Positions 21,108-64,000 of a stretch of 64,000 nucleotides of DNA are shown in pieces. The DNA comes from Chrysomallon squamiferum (lineage: Eukaryota; Animalia; Mollusca): the NCBI GenBank assembly GCA_012295275.1, contig CM022671.1, positions 4,898,001 to 4,962,000 on the forward strand. The letters run 5' to 3'. Every line of letters starts with the position of its first letter. The stretch's first letter is position 1. The notes below the pieces were generated by a model. It was not told where the DNA came from, did not search any database, and was given only the letters and a program-made list of their open reading frames with translations. A program made the translations under genes and the position numbers.

Positions 21108-22373
21108 ATGTTTTACCCATCTGTGTTTGATTTGTTTATAACAACTTTAACATTCTGCCGTGTTACCTGTCAGAACTTTAACGACATTCAGAGACTCTTC
21201 AAAGACAAAGTTTTGTCTAACAACCCTTACATCCGACCAGTCGAGAACCAGTCCAGCATCGTCAACGTCTCTCTCAATTTCAACCTCATTTCTATCAACA
21301 GCTTCGACGAGGTCTTGGAGAAACTGTCCTTCACTGCCTGGATGAACATCTGGTGGACAGACGAGTTTGTTACGTGGGACAAACACCAGTACGGACAGAC
21401 GGACTCTATATGGCCGCCAGACGACAAAATATGGAAACCGCAAATTGCTGTGAAGAACACCGTCAACGAGCTGCGCCACCTGTCGGAGAGCAACAGCATC
21501 GTGAAGATCACGTCCGACGGGCTGGTCAAGTGGTCGCCGGGGTCAGCGTTCGAAACCCACTGCGAGGTGGACACTTCGAACTACCCGTTTGACCGGCAGA
21601 TGTGTCGCGTTGAGATCATCGTCTGGGGCTGTGGCCTGGAGCTGGTGGATCTGCACCCGGCGTCCACGCGAGCCGGCCTCAACCTGTACTTGGAAAACGG
21701 AGAGTGGGTGATCACGTCCACGTCCGTGACGAGACTAGTTCTCGTCCCACACACGTCTGAATACCCCGTGTTGATCGTGTCGCTCCATCTGAGACGCAGA
21801 TCGGTGTTTATTGTCATCAGCGTCGTGTTGCCCGCCTCGGTTCTCGCTATTCTCAGCGTCTTCGTCTTCGCGATTCCGTTCACCTCCGGAGACAAGATTT
21901 CGTTTTCTGTCACCATCCTCCTCGCTTTCGGCGTCCTGATGAACTTCATAATGGACACGCTGCCCAAAACGTCCAAGCACATCTCTCTGCTCGTTCTCTA
22001 CCTCGTCACCAATACAACCATCGGGGCGGTGTTTGTTAGCCTCACCATCCTGCTGACCAACTTGTACCACTGGAACGAGCAGGTTCGCCCTGTTCCAAAA
22101 CGGCTACTGGCAGCCACAAAATGTCTCCAGTATGTTTTCAGACTGAAGATTAAACTCATTAGAACAGAAAACAGTGGAGTGCAGTCAGTACTGAATGTTA
22201 ACGGACTGTCGAAACATGGTGATGACTGGTTGAAAAAAGCTGAAGCAGAAGATGTTGCAACATGGAAGGATGTTGCTAACACCCTAGACGCAGTACTTTT
22301 CAGAATTTGTTTTCCAGCTATGTTACTTTTCTTCACAGCATTTGTAGCTGTTTTGTATACCAACAGTTACTAA
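21108..22373 (+). CDS. Cys-loop ligand-gated ion channel subunit, nicotinic acetylcholine receptor-like, non-alpha, intronless CDS, 421 aa
   Basis: Signal-peptide-like N-terminus; YIRPV, WTDEFVTW, IWKPQI; Cys loop C152-x13-C166 (CEVDTSNYPFDRQMC); ENGEW; LRRR before M1; M1-M3 with SGDKIS...TILLA...DTLPKTS; short M3-M4 loop; WKDVANTLD before M4. GCCATG start context and GC-rich codons against AT-rich flanks. Confidence 0.96.
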   Translation: MFYPSVFDLFITTLTFCRVTCQNFNDIQRLFKDKVLSNNPYIRPVENQSSIVNVSLNFNLISINSFDEVLEKLSFTAWMNIWWTDEFVTWDKHQYGQTDSIWPPDDKIWKPQIAVKNTVNELRHLSESNSIVKITSDGLVKWSPGSAFETHCEVDTSNYPFDRQMCRVEIIVWGCGLELVDLHPASTRAGLNLYLENGEWVITSTSVTRLVLVPHTSEYPVLIVSLHLRRRSVFIVISVVLPASVLAILSVFVFAIPFTSGDKISFSVTILLAFGVLMNFIMDTLPKTSKHISLLVLYLVTNTTIGAVFVSLTILLTNLYHWNEQVRPVPKRLLAATKCLQYVFRLKIKLIRTENSGVQSVLNVNGLSKHGDDWLKKAEAEDVATWKDVANTLDAVLFRICFPAMLLFFTAFVAVLYTNSY

Positions 22374-23624
22374 CTCAAAACTGTGAGTAAACAAAGGGAA
22401 GGATTACAACATCACTGTTATCATCGTCATCACCATCATCATCATCATCATTATTTCTATCTTTATGGTGGGTACTTCAGTTATTATTAATAATTAATTT
22501 CATAATCATCTTCATCATCCTTTATGTAAATAATATATAATTTTTTATGATCATCATCCTTTATGTAGACAACATACTATTTTGTATTATCATGGATATT
22601 TATATTATGTCACAACCTTATTTAGCATGGTCTTAAAAACTTCAACAGTTTCACTGTTTGAGTATTGGTGCTATATGAACATTTAGACATTTTAATTTGC
22701 TATGAATTATTTAAGGTAAAAACAAAACATGGATGACGCAAGATGACATAGTAACAAGTTTTAATGTTTTAATCATAGCATAGAAATAATCACTTGTATA
22801 ATAATAATAATAATATGAAATTTATGATTTTCTAATTTCAGGTTATTAATAAAACTTTTTATATGAGTTTGACATTATGCTTTATTATTATTATTGTTGT
22901 TACTTATTTATTTATTTATTTATTTATTATATTTTTTACAATAACAACTTTAATGACAAGGTCCATAACTCATCAACTGAGATAACTGTTTTTCACAAAC
23001 AACACAATCCAATAAGAGTTGTCTACCTTTTTATTTGAAAAATGGATATTTTTCATTTTATTTTTGTGCAGAATAACCACATTGAAATGAAGTAGTGAAA
23101 TGACATACAATGTTTATTAAAATTTAACAAACAGGCACAATAACAGCACCCATTTGTTCAACAAATTAAACTTTTCTATTGAACTTGTAATTAACACTAA
23201 TAAAATATTAACATTTACTAATATGCTTGGATGAAACAGCGATTCCTGTCACACATACATTAACATACACATGTACACCTACAGAAATTGTTTTTCTAAA
23301 ATGCACTTGTAACTAGAGAAGTCTTTTTCTCTAATAAACACACAAAGATTAATTTTTTCTAACAAACATTTATTCATATCCATTCCCTTATACACATCTA
23401 CATCTACAGGCTTAATATTTCTGTCTTTCTATCATTCTCATTCTTTCTTTCTGTCTGTCTTTCTGTCTTTTTCTGTCATATATATCAACACATTTGCACA
23501 AGCACTTATATTCCAAGGATTTAAAAATTGCTTCTTGCTTTTAAATATTTATACCTTCCCTGGTATATTATCATTTTAAAGTCACACCAACATAGTTTAA
23601 AAACATCTAACTCTAATTTTACAT

Positions 23625-23673
<49 letters not shown>

Positions 23674-24553
23674 CCAAAGAAATGCACCCAGACACACACA
23701 GCAACAAATATATCTACAGACCACAGATATATGTATATATTATATATATCACTCATTCCATATATTCCCGTATAATACAATGAATGATTAAGGAAAGTGA
23801 AATCTATATTAATCACAGTTAAGACTTAGAAACCTTCTGTGTAACTAAACTCAACAAAGTCCACACAGACAGCAGTCATTAGTTGATAGACTAACATCTG
23901 TAGTAACATCTACATATACCTCAACTGTATTCCATACTTCTATTTACTTACTACATATATCAACTGGTAAATATATTAGTAATATACAACTATCAACAGT
24001 TACATCATTAATGTATATGTACATGTTAATGTGAAAACAGCAATAATCTATTATGTTGAATAACATATACATATATATATATATCTGTTTGTGTGTATGT
24101 ATGTAAACACATTTCATGGTCCATTATTTCATTTAAAAAACCCATACCCTAAACATTTATATATATAAATAAATACAGTTAAAAAAAAAAAAAAAAAAAA
24201 AGTTAAAAAATTAAAAGCCACATTGTCTTCATTATAATTTGATGCATGTCAAAGATGAGTATCTGCTACCTGATGGTCAATATCCAATTAACTCCAGGTG
24301 CAAATACCTCACTATGCTTCAGCTATTAAGCGTTCACTGTATATGACTGTTAGAAAGAAGGTTTTTTTGCACTGTTCATTATTTAGTATTAATATACAAT
24401 GCAATTTACAGAGTATGAAAAATTTGGCAAACCTGTCAATACCTGTCAGGTGTTAAAAGCTTTGGTATAAGTTTTGATTTTAAAATATTTGGTATGAAAA
24501 TTTATTTTAAATGTTTAGGGGTTTTATTTATTATTTATTTATTTATTTATTAT

Positions 24554-24589
<36 letters not shown>

Positions 24590-24986
24590 TTATGTGTATA
24601 TTTTGTAATAAAGTGTGCTTATCATAATTCTTAAGTCAATGAAAAGTTAGTCTGCATAATTTAAATCTTGCAAGAACATTCTGAAAGTAGACTTTATAGT
24701 AAATATAAATATCTTTGGGTTGGTGTGTACACCTGTGTATGTGCATGTGTGTTTCTGTATGGGTGTGGTATGTGGGTGTGGATGTGGGTGTGGGTTTGTG
24801 GCTGTGTGTTAAATACAGGCTATATATATATATAAAATGCCAAATACAAGTTAGAGGATTTCAATGGTAAGTCACATAAACATACAAATTCAAATTAACT
24901 GCTAACACTAATAATAATGTAATAACAAATATTCTTCAACATAATGTATTAACAATAAAGAAACAAAATCATATATGTGTCTGTGA

Positions 24987-25044
<58 letters not shown>

Positions 25045-25320
25045 ATGTAATTGAGAAAAACTATAGAGAAACAAAAGTGTAAATAACAATCATCTATAAC
25101 ATTAATAACAACAGATTAAACATATGTAAATAAACCAATCTCTCATATATATTCATACAGATATATAGACATATTCCAGAACAAAAATAGCACTATAAAA
25201 AGGATTAAAAGTCCAGTGAATGTTTTCAAAATAACCTTGACCCTAGTGGTCACATATTATGAACTTTTTAGAGATCAACATTTCACAACTGGTATATTTC
25301 TTACTTTTTTATTTTTATTT

Positions 25321-25370
<50 letters not shown>

Positions 25371-28300
25371 TCTCTTTTTTTGAGGGGGATTAATTGATTT
25401 AGTATTAAAACAATAATAATAATAAAAAATTTAAAATTATTATTTGCATTTGTTCTTATTTTTATTACAATGTGAAGGTTTATATATATTTTTTTTTTTT
25501 TTTATTTATTATTAACATAAGATTTTAAAATGATAATAATAAATTTGTACTGATATCTGTATTTATTACTATGTACATATTCATACTATTGTAACAATGT
25601 AAATATTTTTGTTAATTTGTGTTATAGGTATTTCAAACTTTATGTTTATTTTATTATTATGCTAATATTTGTATTATATTTTTATTATAACTATATTAAT
25701 ATTTATTTTGATTATTACTGTGTAATATATTTGTTTTTTTAATTTATTTATTAATTACAATGCAAAATTATGTAATAATTTGATTATTACATAAGTGTAT
25801 TTATTTTATTACTTCAAAAAATGTTTTAAAAAATTAAAGAAAGAAATATATAAAATTTTTAAATATAACTCTTTCAGCAATAAATATTTTTGTTTAAAAA
25901 AATATTTGTTCAGAAAATGTTTCTTATATCTATAAAAAAAAACAAAAGCAAATGATTTTATATCTAAATACATGAATAAATATAAAAAAATGTAAATATT
26001 TTTGACATTTGCTTTACTTTGTTAACCTTACATTCAAGCCTCATATAACAAATTTTAAAAGATAACAAAAATAATTTTAACTGTCTTTAACACATCAGTG
26101 ACAAAATTAAAAAAATTAATAAAAATAACAGCAAATTCTCAAAAGATCAATATTACTATATTTCACTTGTATGTGTTTACTGATAAAATAACTGACAACC
26201 CCTTACCAAAACTGCTTGAAGTTTTATACATTTGGGAATTGAGAATGTTTGTGAATTTTGGCCTCATATTAAGATAAAACTTTGGCAGATGTATGGTAGA
26301 ATCACCAAAGAAAATACATTAATATGAGTTAGCGGAACCATATAAACACTTTCAGTTAATGATTATAAATATTGTTACAGATGTTTGGTTTTTTTGTTTT
26401 TTTTTATATTTTTTATATAGTTGTTCACAAATTTAACAACTAATAATAATTTTAATAATAATAATAATAATAAAGTCTTTTAACTATTATAATATTTTTT
26501 TTTCAAGCAAACAATTCAAAAATAATTTTGTATTTGACATTAAGTGAAAATCATATTTAAGAATTCTGGTTGAAGGACTGTCAACTTGTATACAAAACAA
26601 TGTATATCAGGAATGTAATATGACAAAACAGAATTTAAAAATGGAAAGAAAATATGTTAAACATATGTAGACCCAGTATTAAATGTATGTGGACCTAAAT
26701 CCATTAATCATTTCATCAAAAAAATAAACAAGTAGGCTATTCCTATTTGTAAATAAATAAATAAATTAGTTAATTTGCAATTTACTGTTTAGAATAAAAC
26801 ATCCATCAGATTAAGTGTTTTTAATATGACAAATATCATCTTGAGGAATATTATCTTTAGAAATGCACTTATCAGACTGAGCTAAGTTAACTTTAGAAAA
26901 TTTGCTGATCAGACTGAGGAATGTTAAGTTCAGAAATGCACTTAAAAATTCAAATTATGTTTATTTTAAAAAAAGAAATTTAATCATTTACACTACTACA
27001 AAAACATTTTGAAAGACAATTTATCAGCTAAAACCATCACAACCTTATTTATATCAAATACAATAATAATAATAATAATCATCATCATCATCATCATTAT
27101 TATTCAAAAACATTACAATGTTAGAGAAAAAAGCAAAGTAAATGGATTAACTAATATAATATAATAGTAATGACAATAATTATGATAAAAATCAATTATT
27201 TTAATTTAAAAAAAAAAATTAAAAAGAAAAAAAAATGTATTTTAATTCAAATGAGTTTCTGAATTCTGTTGTGAATCAATTTGTAACAGTTACAAACTAC
27301 AGTGCTCTGGAGCTGACAGTGAAAAGAGAATCAACAGTACTGTGAAATCTCATTAGAACACAACACAGAGAAACTGAAACTGTAATCACATTAAACAGGG
27401 TGTTGTGTTATAGAGTGGATTTAATTATAAATAAATGAAACGCAGTCTCATGACTTTGTTTTATTCTGAATTTCGAACACGGTGTGACGTATTAATGTAG
27501 TATGTTATTGTATTTGGGGTAGAATAAAATCAATGAATACAGCACAACTGAATTAAAATGAATTGAATTATTGGAAAAAGGAGCCAGATCACTTTAACAT
27601 TCAATCTGAGTCAGCTTTATTGTGTAATGCAGGGTTAATTATTTTACTACTATTTTACACAGACTGAAACCTAATGAGAGAAAAAAAAAATGAAGAAAGA
27701 AAAAACTTATTTAAGAAAATCCATATCTTAAGAAGTTAACTATGCATATTTCTAAATCTACATGCATAAAGCTTTATTCTAGAGCACAAATTGATATCTT
27801 AGTGCCATGTATGTGCATTAAAGATTTATGGGTCTGTGCATGTGTGTGTTTATCAGAATGTGTGCATGTGAATATCAGTGTGCAATAGCAAGTGTATGTG
27901 CATTTATATATGTATCTGCGTGTTTGTCTGTATGTGCATGAGTGTGTTTGCCAGAGTGAGCTATATTAGTTCTGAGAATGTGTTAATTCAGAAGAAACCA
28001 ACAGCAGCTTGTCTAAATAAAGAAAGCTTCATTCTACTTAGCAAAATCTGCATAAATAACAGAAACAGTGAGATGCATCCATGATCCACACTGTGCTAAC
28101 CCAGGGGTGAGGTGCTAACCCAGGGGCGTGGTGCTAAACCAAGAAGTGAATGAATGTAATTTAGAAAATTGTTACTTGATAAAAAGCTTTGTGGAAATAA
28201 TGATTATAAAAGGAATGGTGCTCCATTCCATTCTCACCACACCACACCCATTTTGTACATTTTCAAAAACAAACTACTGCAATAATTCAAACTTTAGAAT

Positions 28301-29676
28301 AATATTTGTAATTTAATCACTGTCTGTTTTGTTGGATCAGAAACACTTTTGAGTTTGTTCACTGTTGTATTAATGCTATTATGTTTATGTGGGTATGTGT
28401 CCTTCACCTAGCCTTCCACAATTACATACAAAATCAAAATCTCTCTGACATTATTATTCAGATGTTTTTAGTTTGTGGCTAAGATAGGGCAGCATAATGT
28501 AAAATAATAATAATAACAACAACAACAAAACCATTATAATAATAATAAAGTAAATAAATTAATTAATTAAAATTAGAAAATGAACTACTTCACATGCATG
28601 CTTTGGCTATATATAAAAAACAAAAATAATAAATAAATAAATAATATAAATTGGTCCCAGTTTGTAAGCAGATGTTTCCCATCAGAATAATGGCTGATTA
28701 TGACATCACAGAAGATGTGGTATCCATGGTGATGATGGAATTGTCAAATCTGATGTGGTTAATATTCATCTGGCTGTAAAATAAAGAAAGAAATAAAAAT
28801 GGTGAAATTTTGGATAGCAGAATCAAATGAGAAACAAGTTCAAATTTTAGTGCAATTGTTCTTAACATTGAAATTCTTAATAATAGGTTTCTTAATGAAT
28901 TTTTTAATTTTTCTTTTTCTTTACTTTAAAAAAATTCATTTATCTACATATGGCTAGTTTCTCTCATGAGTTAATTCCATTTATTCACTTCCTTACCAAC
29001 TTATTGCTACTTTTTTTTTTTTTTTTTTATTAAATATTTATGTATCATTTTTCACAAAAACATTATTTTTATTATTATTATTATTATTATAAAGTTTTTA
29101 TGCTAAGGTGTATGTGGTACATTAAAACAAAGTGATACTTCAGGAATCTGTGAAATGCATGTATAAACAAGTGTGTGTCTTTTACAATCACAATAAAAAG
29201 CTGCAAGATACGTTGACCAGATAAATTTCTATATTTTTTTGGCAATGACCAAAAATATAGCTTTGTGTAATGGAACTACTTTTACTTCAACACATTTCTT
29301 GTTATTTTCACACATATATAATGTTCAAAGTAACTTCTTTAATGTTTAATTGTTTTCATTCCAAAAAATAAGAAATAAATTGTTGTCATTGATGAAGTGT
29401 TTTGTTTTGGTCTATAATTTTTGCAGGCAAAAATAAAATCAATAAGCATGAATCTACTATTCTCAAGAGAGATGAGATGAGAAATAAATCAGTTAATTTC
29501 ATTTTTTTCTTCAGGATTGCAGGATGAAAGAAATAACTGATTAGTGTCTTAAGATATCAGTTTTATTTTCCTCAGGTTGAAAGGTGAATGCAGCTTGGCA
29601 GAGCCTCACTGTAATTTGACATTCTAACCTTCATAGGTTAAAAATCTGATGTTTTACAATAGTAACCAGTTATTCC

Positions 29677-29729
<53 letters not shown>

Positions 29730-30356
29730 TAAAAGCATTTAAAAAAATTACCTAAGTCTTCTTAAACTATTTTATATACTGAGTAAACAAAGTATGTTTA
29801 AGATTTTCGGGTGACACTATGTAAGCTTTGTGAATAAGCACCAACATAAACTTATATAACTTACTGACATGCTAACTTAGTAAAACAGCTTGCACTACAT
29901 AGGGTGCTTTAATAAAAACTGTGGAACTGAATTCCTTCCACATTTACACAACACTGTACAAACAATCTGCATGCAACACAATTACATTACACAACAGAAT
30001 AATACCTTTTTAACAAACAGTGATCTTACCTTTACAGTCTAAATATTACAAATATTACCATCTATGTATAAACAACTTATGTGTTCATGTTGTTATTAAT
30101 TTTCAAAACGAAAGGACTTCACGATAAATAAATTAACAAAATGTAGTTAATGAAAAGTAAATGAAATTCTGTCTTCTGTTAGAAGATATTGATACATTTT
30201 TATAGACAGATAAATACACAAAAGGACAGACAGACAGACAGACAGACAGGAAATCTGAAACAATACATTTTTTTTTAAATTCTTACCTAACTATCTATCT
30301 GGTTATTATTATTATTATTATTATTATTATATGTCTATAAGCTAGTTATACTCATA

Positions 30357-30393
<37 letters not shown>

Positions 30394-30595
30394 GTCTATA
30401 AGCTAGTTATACTCATAATTATTATTATTTTCAAATTGTTATCTCTTGATAAGCTAGCTGTACATAACATGTATATACTTTTGATGTAATATAATTCTGC
30501 AGTTTCTGTGAAAACGTTGCTATGTTCACTACAACAACGTCTACGACACAACACTCACACTGAAGCAGTGGCGAACAACAGAGAAAGGGAGACAA

Positions 30596-62444
<31,849 letters not shown>

Positions 62445-64000
62445 AGCGCAGACTGTTACAGTTAATGTTCTTATTTCACAGCGTTACCTCCGTTCAACTG
62501 AAAGATATAAAAAAATATATATATTGTACAGATGATTAAAGGTGTATAGACACAGATAATTACAGGTAATAATTTAAAATAACTGATAAACTGAGCACAG
62601 GTAATTGTAGGTGACTGTTAAATCTCACATGCTAGGTAAAGATGTAAAAGATGTATGAACACATCCATGTTGTTTATTTAATACATTTCTTACATTTTTA
62701 AAAATATTTTTATAATTTTGTAGTTTGAATTTAACAGATGGCATGAAAATTATCCCAAAAACATTATGTAATAATTTCAGAAAAAAAATTAAAAAAAATA
62801 AATAAATAAAAAAATTAAAAAAAATAAAAATAAAAAAAAAATAAATAAATAAATAAGTATAGAAATGGATGGATGGGGACAGACAGACAGAGAAGAATTA
62901 GAAAACTAAATTATAAAATTGTTATCATAATTATTCTCAGTTCAATGTGTTACCAATCACAGAAAAAGCTAATAATAAATTACAATCATGTAATACAATG
63001 ACGTATTCAATATACTGTTTGTATTTATGTACCAACATTTATTATCATATTTATATATCCATCTATATATTAATTATCACTTTTATTATCATAATTATTA
63101 TTTTTTTTTTTTTTTTTTATTATTATTATTATTTTTTTTTTTTTTTTTTTTTTTTATGTCTGAAAAGCACCAGATGTTTCAAATATTAAAACCAAAAACC
63201 ACAGGATTTTAAATAAAAATATTGACGTGTTGTCAGGTATTTAGTTGTGTTTTGAAATGCAGACATGCTACAGATGGGAATTAAATTGTAAAATATTTAA
63301 ATAAAGTCTTGTGTCAACAGATTCTTAAAATCAAATTATGTTTCTAAAAGAACAAAACTGAAAATAGGTTTACTATATAAAGAACATGTGGTAATATATA
63401 TATATATATATATAAAAATAAACCACTGAATACATGCAAATACTGAGAATTACAGTTCTGTAAATAATCCTGTAACAATCAATGTACTTTTTTAAATTAT
63501 TTTCAAATCCAACATCAAAACTAAAGTCACTTCAAAATGTAGTCAGACTTTAACAGTGCAACAACAAAAAGAAATGCAATAATTTCCAGCTAATTTAATA
63601 AAAACATAAAAACAATACTGAATGTGAAGAATGTAATAAATATTATTATTTTATATCAGCTAGTATGGCCTTTGTAAAACACTGATATAATTATTTTGAT
63701 GAATTAATGACATTCACTGACATTTTGGTTATTTCTTTATTTTCACCTCTTTTTAAAACTGTTTATTCACAAAACATCAAATTCATATTGTATATTAACA
63801 ATCACTTATGTCATTCATTGTCCTCTCTCTTTCTCTTTCTATCTCGTTTTATCTTTGTGTCTTCATTTCTCCTTCTCTTTCTCTCTCTTTGTCTGTTTCT
63901 CTGTATCACTCTGTCTCTCTCACTCCATCTCCTTCTCTCTCCCTCTCTATCTCAACATATCTCTCTCTGACTCTGTTTTTGTCCATCTCTGTCTTTCTAT

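Noticed and set aside
21147-22363. Antisense and alternate-frame ORFs overlapping the receptor CDS
   Set aside because: Expected shadows of a GC-rich coding sequence; no recognisable domains.
21108-22373. Naming the receptor as a specific CHRNA/CHRNB ortholog or a true cephalopod CR
   Set aside because: No vicinal cysteines (so not alpha) and too divergent to assign without a phylogeny; gene symbol left blank.

Overview
AT-rich, intron-rich animal genomic DNA, most likely molluscan or another lophotrochozoan (inferred from gene sequences and SINE-like remnants, not proven). Three protein-coding genes were reconstructed by reading splice sites by hand. (1) TMEM120 on the minus strand: 12 coding exons, 11321->2207, 354 aa. 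(2) A Cys-loop/nicotinic-receptor-like subunit on the plus strand with an intronless CDS, 21108-22373, 421 aa. It lacks the loop-C vicinal cysteines and the loop-A Tyr of acetylcholine-binding alpha subunits and has a candidate TATA/Inr promoter. (3) Rabphilin (RPH3A/DOC2 family) on the minus strand: 15 coding exons, 62444->30596, about 599 aa. It carries an apparent 1-nt deletion in an A-run just before C2B. The rest is introns and intergenic DNA with a 4.7-kb 28-bp satellite, a 3.5-kb 23-bp satellite, several minisatellites, microsatellites and decayed SINE-like pieces. The long ORFs at 14.4-19.2 kb and 49.2-52.7 kb are satellite artefacts. The best candidate for a novel system is the orphan intronless receptor with a remodelled ligand site, which resembles the design of cephalopod chemotactile receptors.
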